Counted from the stretch's first letter, positions 34,268-44,828 are shown. The stretch: 64,000 nt of DNA from Candidatus Eiseniibacteriota bacterium (GCA_963702435.1 CAVPCR010000001.1:1248001-1312000); one strand, 5' to 3'. Notes: generated from the letters alone by a model not told the origin. Numbers and translations: made by a program.

Positions 34268-34735
34268 ATGGACTTGCGCGACGTGCTCATGATGAACTTC
34301 CACACCAACCACTGGGTGCTCTCGAAGCACGCCGCGGGGATAAGCCAGGAGCAGAGCGTCGCCCGGTCGGATGAGGGCGGCAACTCGTTCAACTGGGTGC
34401 TGGGGCACATCGTGGCGAGCCGGAACGACATCTTCGCGCTGCTCGGCGAACCGCCCGTGTGGAACGAGGCGGATGCGGCACCCTACGTGCGCGGATCGCA
34501 CGAGCTCGATCCGGCGGCGGCGCGACCGCTAACGGCGATCCTCGCCGATCTCGATCGCTCCCAGGAGCAGCTCACGGCTCGCCTCGAGCGGCTGACTGCC
34601 GCCGAGCTCGCCACCGTGCGGGGCGACTCGACGATCGGCAAGCAGCTCGCCTTCCTCCAGTTCCACGAGACCTACCACGTCGGGCAGACGGGGCTCCTGC
34701 GGCGGCTCGCGGGGAAAGAGGGGGTCATCCGCTAG
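34268..34735 (+). CDS. DinB family protein
   Basis: NS.NWVLGH and FHETYHVGQ. Confidence 0.85.
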   Translation: MDLRDVLMMNFHTNHWVLSKHAAGISQEQSVARSDEGGNSFNWVLGHIVASRNDIFALLGEPPVWNEADAAPYVRGSHELDPAAARPLTAILADLDRSQEQLTARLERLTAAELATVRGDSTIGKQLAFLQFHETYHVGQTGLLRRLAGKEGVIR

Positions 34736-35262
34736 GGTCCGCCGGCGCGCACGCCACGCAGGCTCGCCACCCAGTCGCGGAGCGACGCCGGCCCCGAGTC
34801 GAAGGCAACCTCGGCCGGAAGCTCCGCGGGAGCGAACCAGCGGACCTCCTCCGCGTCGTCCCCCGGCTCTTCCTCGCCGCCGATCACCTCGGCCAGATAG
34901 ATGAGGTCGAGCGTGCGCTGCTCGTCCGACCCGTAACGGCTCACGTACACGCCGAGCAGTCGTGTCAGGCGGATGTCGAGACCCGTCTCCTCCTTGATCT
35001 CCCGCCGCGCAGCGTGCTCCGGATGCTCGCCGTACTCGAGATAGCCCCCCGGCACGTCCCACCAGCCGAGATAGGGCTCGCGGTTCCGCTTGACGAGAAG
35101 GACGCGCCCCTCGCGGATCACGAGCGCTCCCGCGCATGGCTTCGCGTTGCGATAGGCGACGTAGCCGCAGGCCGGGCAGGCGGGGTGCTCCTCGTGCTCG
35201 CCCGCGGCGCGGCGCGGGGCGAGCGGCTTCCCGCAATACGGGCAGAAGCGGAAAGGCTTCAT
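34732..35262 (-). CDS. NUDIX hydrolase with N-terminal zinc ribbon
   Basis: CPYCG..CPACG and Nudix box GG...GE....AARREIKEETG. Confidence 0.9.
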   Translation of the reverse strand: MKPFRFCPYCGKPLAPRRAAGEHEEHPACPACGYVAYRNAKPCAGALVIREGRVLLVKRNREPYLGWWDVPGGYLEYGEHPEHAARREIKEETGLDIRLTRLLGVYVSRYGSDEQRTLDLIYLAEVIGGEEEPGDDAEEVRWFAPAELPAEVAFDSGPASLRDWVASLRGVRAGGP

Positions 35263-35279
35263 GGTGCTATCCTCTCTCC

Positions 35280-36050
35280 ATGGCACGTCTCCGCGAACTC
35301 ACCTGGCCCGCAGCGCGCACCGCGCTCGAGAACAAGGTCGTCGTCTTCCCGGTCGGCTCGGTCGAGCAACACGGCCGTCATCTCCCCCTCGCCACCGATC
35401 ACGTGACCGCGGAAGCGATCGCGCTCGGCGCCGAGGCGTTACACGATCTCGTCGTCGCCCCCACGCTCCCCTACGGCATCTCGCCGCACCACCGCCAGTT
35501 CTTCGGCACGTGCACACTCCGGAGCGAGGTCTTCCGCGACGTCATCCTCGATATCGCCCGCTCGCTCCAGAGCCACGGCACGACCAGGCTCGTGGTCGTG
35601 AACGGGCACGGCGGCAACTCGGCGGCCCTGGCCGAGGCAGCGCAGGCGCTCCGCGCGGAGGGGCTCGCCTGCGTCCTCTTCGACTGGTGGCGGGGCCTCG
35701 ACGACGCGCTCTACAAGGAGCTCCTCGGCGAAAAGGCGGCGTCGATCATCGGGCACGCCTGTGCGATGGAGACCTCGGTCGCCCTCCACCTCTTTCCCGA
35801 GTGGGTGAAGCTCGAGGCCGCGGTCGACGTGCCGCACGGCTGGGCGGAGATGGTGCACGGCGGGCAGGTACGCTTCGACACGATCGACTTCAGCGAACAC
35901 GGGAACATCGGCTACCCGACGCTCGCCCGCCGCGAGGCCGGCGAGGTGATGATCGCGCGCGCGGTCGCGAACCTCGTCGCGCTCGTCAAGTGGCTCGAGG
36001 CGCAACCGCTCGGCGAGCTCCTCGCCCGCCCGCATCTACCTGGAAGTTAG
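35280..36050 (+). CDS. Creatininase family protein
   Basis: GSVEQHGRHLP.ATD, NGHGGN and HAC..ETS. Confidence 0.9.
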   Translation: MARLRELTWPAARTALENKVVVFPVGSVEQHGRHLPLATDHVTAEAIALGAEALHDLVVAPTLPYGISPHHRQFFGTCTLRSEVFRDVILDIARSLQSHGTTRLVVVNGHGGNSAALAEAAQALRAEGLACVLFDWWRGLDDALYKELLGEKAASIIGHACAMETSVALHLFPEWVKLEAAVDVPHGWAEMVHGGQVRFDTIDFSEHGNIGYPTLARREAGEVMIARAVANLVALVKWLEAQPLGELLARPHLPGS

Positions 36051-36499
36051 GCCGGCGCGGGGGCGTCCTTCGCGGGGGCGTCCTTGGCCGGCCCCGGTGC
36101 CGCATCCGCCTTCGGCTCTTCCGCCTTCGACCTGGGTGACGGCAGGACCGGCTTCAAGCCCGCCGTCACCGCCGCCGCGTACTCGCCGCCGCCCACCTTC
36201 GCGGCGACCGCCCCGATCTTCGCCCGGAAGTGGTTGTAGACGAGATCCGACCTTCCGCTCACGAGCGGGGGATCGAAGACCGTGCCGCTCTTCCGGTCGA
36301 GGCCATCCTTGAGTTCGCCGATGAGATCCTCGGCCAGGAGGCCCAGCACGGGAGCGGCGACCGGGCCCGTTGCCGGCAGCCGTGCGGCCAGGAAACGCGC
36401 ATAGACCACGAAGTCCCAGGTCGGCTCCGGGACGGCGGGTCTCACATTCTGCAACAGGCTGCGCAGATCGCCGGTGTTCACTGCTGTCATGGACCGCAT
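36047..36499 (-). CDS. Hypothetical protein
   Basis: Plausible composition with RBS. Follows 36514-36939 co-directionally. Confidence 0.6.
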   Translation of the reverse strand: MRSMTAVNTGDLRSLLQNVRPAVPEPTWDFVVYARFLAARLPATGPVAAPVLGLLAEDLIGELKDGLDRKSGTVFDPPLVSGRSDLVYNHFRAKIGAVAAKVGGGEYAAAVTAGLKPVLPSPRSKAEEPKADAAPGPAKDAPAKDAPAPA

Positions 36500-36513
36500 C
36501 CTCTCTGGCCGCG

Positions 36514-36939
36514 CTAGGGCGCGATGAACATCCCGTTCTGCTTCCCGATCTTGCCGAGTCCCTTCATGCGGCTCAGGGTGCTCGACAGATTCTGCTTCGA
36601 GATCTGTCGGGTCTTGAGCAACGCCTCGTGCAGATCATCGAGGCTCGCGCCGTGCGGTCCCGCCGCATGCAGAAGCGACATGATGTCGGCAGGCAGACTT
36701 CTCCCGCGCTGCCGGCCGGCCACCTTCACAGCCGGTCGCGATTCGGCATAGCGCGCGATCAGGGCCGTGACCTCGACGTCCTCCTGCTCCATCGAGCGCG
36801 AGACCTCGGTCAGGCGCTCGAGCTGGCGCTGCTTCTTCTCGAGAAGCTGGGGAATGCTCTCTGCCAATCGCCTGAGGTTGGCAATGTCCTCGGAGAGCTG
36901 GCGCTTGATGCTCTCCAGGTCCTGGAGATAACGACTCAT
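36514..36939 (-). CDS. Hypothetical coiled-coil protein with C-terminal winged-helix-like region
   Basis: Heptad-rich N-terminus. C-terminus reads I..LL...G..G.SL..L...L......S..NL.STL.RM...G.I. Confidence 0.6.
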   Translation of the reverse strand: MSRYLQDLESIKRQLSEDIANLRRLAESIPQLLEKKQRQLERLTEVSRSMEQEDVEVTALIARYAESRPAVKVAGRQRGRSLPADIMSLLHAAGPHGASLDDLHEALLKTRQISKQNLSSTLSRMKGLGKIGKQNGMFIAP

Positions 36940-37329
36940 GTTCTGTCTCTCTGGATTGTACTTGCCTCGGGGTCGCTTGCGGTCGCTTGCCTTCGCAAGG
37001 GGCCGAGCGGTTCATCAAGCATGTGGGGCGTGGCCGCGGCTTCTGCAAGGCCGGCCGCATGCTCAACCGCGCCATGGTAGCATCGGTGCAATGCTGCCGC
37101 AATGGCCGGCGTCCCCGGGTGCGGCACCCGGCGGCCGCCGCCGGGGCGGCCGGCGCGACGGCCCGGGCCACGAACAGGCACCCTCGCCGAGCCGGCCGCG
37201 ACTGAACGTGATAGGATGACGCACCGGATCGGGCTGGTTGCCTGGTCCGTCGTTGTCCTGTTCCGATAGGCGATCCGCCGCCGTCCGGTCCACCGTCCGG
37301 CGCGAGCCTCTCACCCTGGGAGCCTCTTG

Positions 37330-37692
37330 ATGGACAGTCAGCCATTCACGGCCGACAAGCGCACCGATCCCGATAACAAGGTGATCATCTACTCGGCCCA
37401 CGGGCAGTTGAACGGGCGGGACGCCTGCTTCGACTGGCTCGAGCAGGTGCGGAAGGACATCCAGGCTGGTCAGAAGTCCGTCGTGATCGACCTTGGCGAC
37501 GTGTCGCGCGTCGACTCGACCGGCATCGGCATCATCGCCGCCGCACACGTCTCGGCCACCAACGGCGGCGGCAAGGTGTGCCTGACCGGACTGAGCAAGC
37601 CCCTGTGGACGCTGTTCGAGAGCACGTGGCTGCTCCGGGTCATCCCGCACGCCGAGAAGGAAGCGGACGCCGTCCGCATCGCCACGAGCTGA
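37330..37692 (+). CDS. STAS-domain anti-sigma factor antagonist
   Basis: VVIDLGDVSRVDSTGIG motif. Confidence 0.88.
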   Translation: MDSQPFTADKRTDPDNKVIIYSAHGQLNGRDACFDWLEQVRKDIQAGQKSVVIDLGDVSRVDSTGIGIIAAAHVSATNGGGKVCLTGLSKPLWTLFESTWLLRVIPHAEKEADAVRIATS

Positions 37693-37756
37693 CGCTCGCC
37701 GGGCGCCACGAGCTGACGCGGCCGGGCGCCGCGAGCTGACGCGGCCAGGCGCCGCG
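37686..37756 (+). repeat. ~23-bp tandem repeat x3 between convergent genes
   Basis: GAGCTGACGC(G/TC)GCC(G/A)GGCGCC units. Confidence 0.75.
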
Positions 37757-37757
37757 C

Positions 37758-38285
37758 CTAGCGCCGATCCGCTGACTCGCCGGTCACGGCGAGGATCTCG
37801 CCGAAGTACGCCCGGTGGTAATCGCGCGCCGGGTAGTTCTCCTCGATCGCCGGATCGAGGAAGTGGGTCGGATCGATGTCGTGCCAGTAGAGCTTCCGGC
37901 ACTCGACGACGAGATCGGCCTCGGCGAAACACGGGGCGGCGACGCGGGTCGACGCCATCGGCGTGAGCCCGGCCTCGACGATCTTGTCCCCGTCCCGCCC
38001 CGACTTGGTGCCGAGGAAGCGGAGCGTCTCGCGGTAGGACGGCGGGAACGCCGATAGCGTGAACGTGGCGTGGCGCTCCATGAAGCCGAAGGTGTGGCGC
38101 GTCGGGCGGACCACCACCTGGGCGAAGGGCCAGTTCCAGATGGTGCCGAAGCTGCCCCAGGACACGGTCATCGTGTTGAAATCGCGCTTGGCGAAGTCGC
38201 CGGCAGTCAGCAGGAACCAGCCGTCGTTCCAGATGTGGAACGAGCGCACCAGCAGCTGGGTGATGGGAATCACTTTTCTCACCAT
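37758..38285 (-). CDS. Flavin reductase family protein
   Basis: NTMTVSWG, VRP.RHT, G..SGRD.DK and YH..YFGEI. Confidence 0.88.
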   Translation of the reverse strand: MVRKVIPITQLLVRSFHIWNDGWFLLTAGDFAKRDFNTMTVSWGSFGTIWNWPFAQVVVRPTRHTFGFMERHATFTLSAFPPSYRETLRFLGTKSGRDGDKIVEAGLTPMASTRVAAPCFAEADLVVECRKLYWHDIDPTHFLDPAIEENYPARDYHRAYFGEILAVTGESADRR

Positions 38286-38321
38286 GACTCGGACCCCTCC
38301 TGCACGCGCGACCCGGCCCGC

Positions 38322-38627
38322 TCAGCGGGCGGTGGCGTGGCCGTTCAGGTAGTTCCGCACCCGATCGCCCTCGCGCTCGCGAAGCTCGGCGCAGCTCGTG
38401 ACCGACTCGGCCACCTTGGCGAGCGTCACCGCGGCGCCGGGAACCGCGGGTGCGGGCTCCGCGAAGAAGACTCGCGCCCGGGCCAGGCGTTCCGTTGAGC
38501 AACCGCCGGCCGCGCACGGCATCATGGCGGCAAACTCGGGCGGGAAGCGGCTCGTGATCGCGTCGTAGTTCCGTTCCATCCAGGCGTAGTTCAGATCCTC
38601 GAGGGGCGGATAGCTCCCCACGGCCAT
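38322..38627 (-). pseudogene. Probable C-terminal fragment of an M1 aminopeptidase (ERAP1-like C domain)
   Basis: Y.WM..NYD.I..R.P........AGGCS......R.FF......PG....L....E.V..C resembles that domain. No upstream catalytic part is present. Confidence 0.5.
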
Positions 38628-38686
38628 CGGGATGATCACGATCTCCTGCGGGCGCAGCGGCCCGGCGAGCGAGATATGGTAGCACC

Positions 38687-40354
38687 ATGCGGGCGTCCCG
38701 TCCCGCGGCGGCACGAACCGAGCAGACCGGACTGGAGAAAACGCTGACCACGCCCCTGACCGTTGCCGAGGCGACCGACTACCGCGCGACCTCGCGCCAC
38801 GCGGATGTCCTGTCCTTCATCGCGGCGCTCGCGCCGCGGGCGCACGGGCTCTCGGTCCAGTCCATGGGCGCGAGCGCGCGCAGCGCGGACATCCCGCTCC
38901 TTGTCCTCTCCGCGGACGGGGCATTCACGCCGGTGGCGGCGGCTGCCGCTGCCGCGGCGAACGGCAGGCCGGTCGTCCTCCTCCTCGCCAACATCCACGC
39001 CGGCGAGGTCGAGGGGAAGGAGTCGGCCCTCAAGCTCGCGCGGGAGATCGGGTGCGGCCCGCTCGGGCATCTCGTCGAGCGGGCGACCCTCCTCATCGTT
39101 CCCGACTACAACCCGGACGGCAACGATCTCATCGATCCCGCGAACCGCGCGCTCGACCTCGCGAAGCTCGAGGGGCAGATCGGGCCCGCAGGCGGCGTCG
39201 GGACCCGCTTGACCGCGCACGGCGTCAACCTGAACCGCGACTACATGAAGCTCGCGGCCGTCGAGTCGCGCCACCTCGCGCGGCTCTACGGCGAGTGGCG
39301 TCCGCATCTCACGATCGACTGCCACACGACGAACGGCTCGATCCACGGCTACCATCTCACCTACGACACGGCGCGGCTCCTCGCCTCGAGCCCGCCCGCG
39401 CCGATCCTCCACGTGCGCGACGTGCTCCTGCCGGAAGTGTCGCGCCGGCTCGTGGCGCGCACCGGATTCCGCACCTTCTTCTACGGGAACTTCCGCGATC
39501 AGGAGAATCCCGAGGCGGGCTGGGAGACGTATCCCGCGCTGCCGCGGTTCGGGAGCCACTACCGCGGCCTCACCGGACGCATGGATATTCTGCTCGAAGC
39601 GTACTCGTACATCCCGTTCCGCGAGCGCTGCACCGTCATGTTCGAGACGCTCGTCGAGATCCTCGGGGTCGTGCGCGAGCGCGGCGACGAGATCGTGTGC
39701 ATCGTGGCGGAGGCGGAGACGGAGACGATCCGGCGCGGGAGCGCGCCCGCGCCCGACGACGTCCTCGGCCTCCGCACTGCCGAGGTGTCGCGCGATCCGG
39801 CGACCGGCGCGGTCACGCTCGCCTACCCGCTCCACCCGGCGGGCGAGGTCGAGATCGTGGCCTGGGATCTCGAATCGCAGCGTGCGCGGCGCGTGCCGGG
39901 GCGGGAGCTCCGCACCTACCGCACCACCTACTACGGGCGGTCCGTCCCGACCAAGCTCGCGCGCCGGCCGTTCGCCTATCTCATCCCGGCAGCGGAGGCG
40001 CGGGTCGCCGAACACCTGACGCTACACGGGATCGTGGTCGAGCGAATCGAGCGCGAGATGACGATCGCCGTCGAGGAGTTCGTGATCGACGCGACCGGGC
40101 AGACGGCAAGCACCGACATCGCGGCCGCGGCCCCGCCGGAGACCCTCTTCTTCGGCCACCTCGAGCGGGCGGAGTACACGGCGAGTCCGGGCGACTTCCT
40201 CGTCCCGATGGGCCAGCGGCTCGCGCACGTCGCCATCTACCTTCTCGAGCCGGAGAGCGACGACGGGCTCGTCGAGTGGGGCTTCTTCCCGGCGCTCGGC
40301 GCGGGCGACGTGTATCCAGTGCGGCGGATCAGCGCCGTCATGCTAGAATTGTGA
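38687..40354 (+). CDS. M14 family zinc carboxypeptidase
   Basis: NIHAGEVEGKE, NPDG, NLNRD and IDCH. Confidence 0.88.
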   Translation: MRASRPAAARTEQTGLEKTLTTPLTVAEATDYRATSRHADVLSFIAALAPRAHGLSVQSMGASARSADIPLLVLSADGAFTPVAAAAAAAANGRPVVLLLANIHAGEVEGKESALKLAREIGCGPLGHLVERATLLIVPDYNPDGNDLIDPANRALDLAKLEGQIGPAGGVGTRLTAHGVNLNRDYMKLAAVESRHLARLYGEWRPHLTIDCHTTNGSIHGYHLTYDTARLLASSPPAPILHVRDVLLPEVSRRLVARTGFRTFFYGNFRDQENPEAGWETYPALPRFGSHYRGLTGRMDILLEAYSYIPFRERCTVMFETLVEILGVVRERGDEIVCIVAEAETETIRRGSAPAPDDVLGLRTAEVSRDPATGAVTLAYPLHPAGEVEIVAWDLESQRARRVPGRELRTYRTTYYGRSVPTKLARRPFAYLIPAAEARVAEHLTLHGIVVERIEREMTIAVEEFVIDATGQTASTDIAAAAPPETLFFGHLERAEYTASPGDFLVPMGQRLAHVAIYLLEPESDDGLVEWGFFPALGAGDVYPVRRISAVMLEL

Positions 40355-40380
40355 GGTAGTCCCGGCTGGAGTTCTGCACA

Positions 40381-43300
40381 ATGTCATTCTTGCGACGCCT
40401 TCCGGCCGTCGTCCTCAGCGGACTCGCTCTGGTCGCGGCGTTCCTCGTCGCGGCGTTCCTCGTCGCCGTTCCTCGTCCCTGCCCCGCCGCGCCGCGCGGG
40501 ACGGTGATCGAGGACTTCGAATCCGGATCGGTCACGCTCCGGAGCTACGGGACCGAGGACCGGAGCCCGAACTCCTGGGAGCTGACCGGCGAGAACACCC
40601 ACGGCGGCGCCTACGCGCTCCGCATCTACGGGAACTCCTGGAAGATCGAGGACATCGCGCCGGCCGCCGTCGCCGACTCGACCGTGTGGCAGGTCGCGGT
40701 CTACGTCGAGACGCTCGGCGAGACCCAGGCCTTCGGCGTCGGGGACGGCACGAACGAGCTCATCTACACGATGGCCGGGAGCCAGCTCCCCCAGGCGAGC
40801 TCCTGGTGGACCGTCTACCAGGGCGCGTTCCCGACCGACGAGTGGTACGCGTATCTCCTCCCCATCGGCCGCGACTGGTACGCGACCTACGGCTACTACC
40901 CGACCATCACCGAGCTCATCTACGTGAATGATGACGACTCGGGGCCGAGCGGCGTGACGGTCTTCGACGAGATCGTGGACGTCACGGTCGATCTCCCGGT
41001 CGCCCCGGTCGCCGACATCCTCTACACGATCGAGAGTCTGAAGCAGATCTCGGCCCGGCTCTTCCAGGTCACCGTGCAGTTCCACGGCCAGGTCTTCGAC
41101 CCCGACTCGAACACCCACACCTTCGCCTGGGACTTCGGCGACTCGACCTTCAGCACGATCCGGGATCCGCGCCACGAGTTCTTCGTGAGCGCCGATTACA
41201 CGTACACCGTGGGCCTCCTGGTCCGGGACGAGACCGCGCTCGCCGGGAACGACACCTGCCAGGTGCGGGTCATGGCGGGCACGGGCGATCTCCCGCTCAC
41301 CGTCAACTTCGTCGGCGACATCTTCACCGGCCGCGCCTTCGAGGCCCCCGGCGGTCTCATCGAGCGGTACGGGATCGAGGCGCTCTTCGCGCCGACGCGA
41401 CCCATCTTCGGCGAGGCGGCGGACGTGAACGTCTGCAACCTCGAGTGCTCCTACACCGATCGCGGCACCCCGCATCCGACGAAGAGCGTGGTCTTCCGGA
41501 GCCGCCCCGAGAACATCGCCGGCATCCGGTATGCCGGCGTGGATATCGCCGACATCGGCAACAACCACATCATCGACTACGGCGAGATCGGGATGCTCGA
41601 CACGATCGATCTCCTCGACGGCCTGGGCATCCGCTACTGCGGCGCCGGCACGAGCTCGTACTTCGCGCTCCAGCCGACCTTCTGGACCGAGAAGGGCGTG
41701 CGCCTCGCCTTCCTCGGCCAGTCGAACCGCACCGGGCGCGAGTGGAACTACCAGCCGTTCCTGGATGCCGGCTACAACAAGCCGGGGTTCGGCTATCTCC
41801 TGCCGCACAACCTCGAGTCAGCGGTGAACGATGCGCGCGGCAGCGCCGACATCGTGGTCGTGCAGCTCCACAGCGGCGACGAGTACGAGACCGAACCTGG
41901 CGACCAGGCGTTTGCGGTGTCCCCTCCCGTCGAGGCCGACCAGATCGGACCCGCGGATCCGGACTTCCGCTTCCGTGTCGAGCCCACGCCGACCGAACGT
42001 GAACTGCGGCGCCTGGCCGTGGATCTCGGCGCCGACGTCGTCATCAATCACCATCCGCACGTGCTGCAGGGCTTCGAGTCCTACCACGGGAAGCTCATCG
42101 CGCACAGCCTCGGCAACTTCCTCTTCGACCTCCACTACGTCGAGACCATGCCGACCCTCGTTCTCACCCTCGAGGTGATGAAGGACGGGATCGCCGGCTA
42201 TCGCTTCACACCGGCATGGATCGACGACTACATCCCAGAGCCCGCCACCGGCCAGCTCGGCCGCGAGATCATGGACCGGATCGCAGACTACTCGCGACCG
42301 ATGGACGCGCTTGTCGCCGTGTCGCCGGCGGAGAACATGGCGCGGGTCTACCTGAGTCGCGCCGCTGTCGATTCCACGCTGACGGCCGGCGAGGCCACCG
42401 CGGCGATGGTGGCGGACGGCGGCGGCTGGCTCTCGCCGCCGCTCGAGCTTCCGGGTCACGGGAGCCTCTCGCGGATCGTATCGGTGACCGGCGGCGCCGT
42501 GAGCGACTGGGAAGTCTCGTGGGGACGCGAGATCCTCTGGCACGGGAGCTTCGAGGCGGAGGGCGCGACCCTCTGGGATCTGAACTCGGACGACGAGTGG
42601 CTCGACGAGACCGAACCGCACACGGGCCTCCGCTCGCTCGCGCTACGGCGCGAGCGGAGCGACCAGGGGGAAGCGGGCACCGATCTCGAGCGGCATCTGC
42701 CGTGCGATCCCACCGCCCGCCACACGGCCGCGGGCTATCTGAAGGCCGACAATGCCGCGAACGCGCGCATGATGGCCCGCTTCTACACGGATCGCTCCAC
42801 GACAAACCCGATCACCTCGACCGATCTCGCGCCGCGGGTGACCGGGAGCGCGGGCTGGACCTACCAGTGGAAGGAGCTCGTGACCCCGTCGAACGGCGAC
42901 TACTTCGAGGTGCGCTGCTCGAATGAACCGCCGACTGCAGGCACCGGTCACGCCAGGTTCGATGACATCAAGTTCATCGAGTGGGAGCCGTGGCGGCCGG
43001 CGACTGGGCCGCTCGAGATCCCGGCGCCCAACAACTACCGCTTCCTGCAGGTGCGTAGCGCGAGCGCCGGCGCGATCGCGGTCACGGTCGCATTCGAGGA
43101 GACCGCGTACGAGCGGTCGACGGTGGCGGCGCCATCAGGAGCGGGAGATGTACCGCGCCGCGCGCGGCTCGCGAACTACCCGAACCCGTTCAACCCACGC
43201 ACAACGATCGAGCTCACGCTGCCGGCGGGGCCCGCAGGCGGCGGCCTCGAGGCGGTCGCGGTGCGCATCTACGACGCGAGCGGGCGCCTGGTCACGACCC

Positions 43301-43452
43301 TCTTCGATGGGAAGCTGCCGGGCGGCACGCAGAACGGGATGAGCTGGGACGGCCGGGACGCGCGCGGACATACGATGCCGAGCGGCGTCTACTTCGTCCG
43401 CGCACGGATCGGGCGGGAGCACCTCGATCAGAAGATCGTCCTCTTGAGGTGA
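40381..43452 (+). CDS. Secreted CapA-family metallophosphatase with PKD and FlgD-Ig domains
   Basis: WDFGD (PKD), VGDI, NLEC, GNNHIIDYG, LHSGDEY, HHPHVLQ, SLGNF, and NYPNPFNP tail. Confidence 0.88.
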   Translation: MSFLRRLPAVVLSGLALVAAFLVAAFLVAVPRPCPAAPRGTVIEDFESGSVTLRSYGTEDRSPNSWELTGENTHGGAYALRIYGNSWKIEDIAPAAVADSTVWQVAVYVETLGETQAFGVGDGTNELIYTMAGSQLPQASSWWTVYQGAFPTDEWYAYLLPIGRDWYATYGYYPTITELIYVNDDDSGPSGVTVFDEIVDVTVDLPVAPVADILYTIESLKQISARLFQVTVQFHGQVFDPDSNTHTFAWDFGDSTFSTIRDPRHEFFVSADYTYTVGLLVRDETALAGNDTCQVRVMAGTGDLPLTVNFVGDIFTGRAFEAPGGLIERYGIEALFAPTRPIFGEAADVNVCNLECSYTDRGTPHPTKSVVFRSRPENIAGIRYAGVDIADIGNNHIIDYGEIGMLDTIDLLDGLGIRYCGAGTSSYFALQPTFWTEKGVRLAFLGQSNRTGREWNYQPFLDAGYNKPGFGYLLPHNLESAVNDARGSADIVVVQLHSGDEYETEPGDQAFAVSPPVEADQIGPADPDFRFRVEPTPTERELRRLAVDLGADVVINHHPHVLQGFESYHGKLIAHSLGNFLFDLHYVETMPTLVLTLEVMKDGIAGYRFTPAWIDDYIPEPATGQLGREIMDRIADYSRPMDALVAVSPAENMARVYLSRAAVDSTLTAGEATAAMVADGGGWLSPPLELPGHGSLSRIVSVTGGAVSDWEVSWGREILWHGSFEAEGATLWDLNSDDEWLDETEPHTGLRSLALRRERSDQGEAGTDLERHLPCDPTARHTAAGYLKADNAANARMMARFYTDRSTTNPITSTDLAPRVTGSAGWTYQWKELVTPSNGDYFEVRCSNEPPTAGTGHARFDDIKFIEWEPWRPATGPLEIPAPNNYRFLQVRSASAGAIAVTVAFEETAYERSTVAAPSGAGDVPRRARLANYPNPFNPRTTIELTLPAGPAGGGLEAVAVRIYDASGRLVTTLFDGKLPGGTQNGMSWDGRDARGHTMPSGVYFVRARIGREHLDQKIVLLR

Positions 43453-43790
43453 GAGGGGTCGAGCCGCCCGGGCTTGCGACTGGCTCTGGCCTCGGGCCCG
43501 GCGGTCTGGGGACCGGCGGCCTCGGACCCGGCAACCTCGGACCCGGCGGCTTCAGGCTCGGCGGTCCCATCCGGGGGCTGGGGCTCGCCCCCATCGGCCA
43601 TGGTGACGCCGATCGTGGTGACGCCGACCGCGCGATGATGAGCGGCGGGCCTCGTGGCGTCCGACTCCGCGCGCTCCGCCAGGTCGCGAACGATCGCCCG
43701 GGCGACGATCACCAGGAAGACCGCACATGCCGCGCCGAGCCCGATATTGACCAGAGTGAGCCTGAGCGTATCGCGATCGAACAGGTCCAT
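43428..43790 (-). CDS. Small single-TM hypothetical protein with AAG(S/P)E repeats
   Basis: GAGG RBS, one TM segment, G.TMADGGE, and 15-bp coding repeats at ~43490-43560. Confidence 0.5.
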   Translation of the reverse strand: MDLFDRDTLRLTLVNIGLGAACAVFLVIVARAIVRDLAERAESDATRPAAHHRAVGVTTIGVTMADGGEPQPPDGTAEPEAAGSEVAGSEAAGPQTAGPEARASRKPGRLDPSHLKRTIF

Positions 43791-43848
43791 CGACCTCGCC
43801 CGTTGCCTTCGCCATCCGGACTCGCAGACCGCATCCGAGTTTACAATC

Positions 43849-43865
43849 TGCAAGGAACGATCCAA
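43849..43865 (-). promoter_or_regulatory. Putative sigma54 (-24/-12) promoter
   Basis: TTGGATCGTTCCTTGCA fits GG-N10-GC and lies ~60 nt upstream of the 43790 start. Confidence 0.35.
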
Positions 43866-44165
43866 CGCCGCGCCTCGAGCAGGGTGTGCTTTGCACAACT
43901 GCCATGGCATCACCCGGTTGACGCTGCCAAGAGGGGGCGCGATCGGGAAGCCCCTGCGCCTCGAGTCATCGCTGGAAGTGTCGTGAATAACGACTGCCCG
44001 TCGTCTCTCTCGGCAACGGCACGATCTATGCGCGTCGACAGAGCGCAGACCGAGTCTATACTACCTGGCGACTCGGAACCGCACGACACTCTCCATTCGG
44101 GCGCCCACGGGGCGTCACGGCCTCTTGGCCAGCCCCGGTGAGGCGCCGGGCAAGGAGGCCGAACC

Positions 44166-44798
44166 ATGTCGAAGTTACATCTCTTCCTGATCCAGGCGGC
44201 GATGTGCGCCGCCCTTCTCGGACTCGCCCCTCTCGCCCGCGGCGACGTCCAGATCATCCTGCACGCGATCGATCATCCGGATCGCGTCCACTGCTACGTC
44301 CCGGCCGATGCGGGGTATCGCGACCCGGTCGTGGACACGCGCACTGCGGTGGAACCGAACTCGGAGATCGACGTCTTCGTCTTTCTGCGTGGCGATGCCA
44401 CGGCAGTCGGCGCCGGCTTCCGCCTCCTCTGGCCTTCCGAGTGGGAGTACTTCGGCTGGGTCGGCGACTGCCAGCCGGGCGCGAGCATGATCACCGATTT
44501 CGATGGCCACTGGATCGATATCGCGATCGTGTGGGAGGCGGGCTCCGGCAACGATCTGCTGGTGCTCGGCTATGCATCCTTCCGCACGGGCGCGAACGGC
44601 GAGGTGGCGATCCTCAACACGCGGTTCTGCATAGAAGATGGAGCCACCTGCTATCTGAGCGGCGACCTGGTGGAACACCCCATCCCCATCCCGCACCTCG
44701 GGCGGGTTGCGGTGGGCGGCCCCGGCTACAACCCGGCGGCGGTCACGCCGGTCGCCGCTTCGACCTGGGGCGCGATCAAAGCGACATATCGCGACTGA
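44166..44798 (+). CDS. Secreted hypothetical protein with C-terminal TWGxIKA motif
   Basis: AAGGAGG RBS, signal peptide, and C-terminus TPVAASTWGAIKATYRD. Confidence 0.8.
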   Translation: MSKLHLFLIQAAMCAALLGLAPLARGDVQIILHAIDHPDRVHCYVPADAGYRDPVVDTRTAVEPNSEIDVFVFLRGDATAVGAGFRLLWPSEWEYFGWVGDCQPGASMITDFDGHWIDIAIVWEAGSGNDLLVLGYASFRTGANGEVAILNTRFCIEDGATCYLSGDLVEHPIPIPHLGRVAVGGPGYNPAAVTPVAASTWGAIKATYRD

Positions 44799-44828
44799 GA
44801 CGACCGGGCCGCGACGCGGCGCCGGCGG

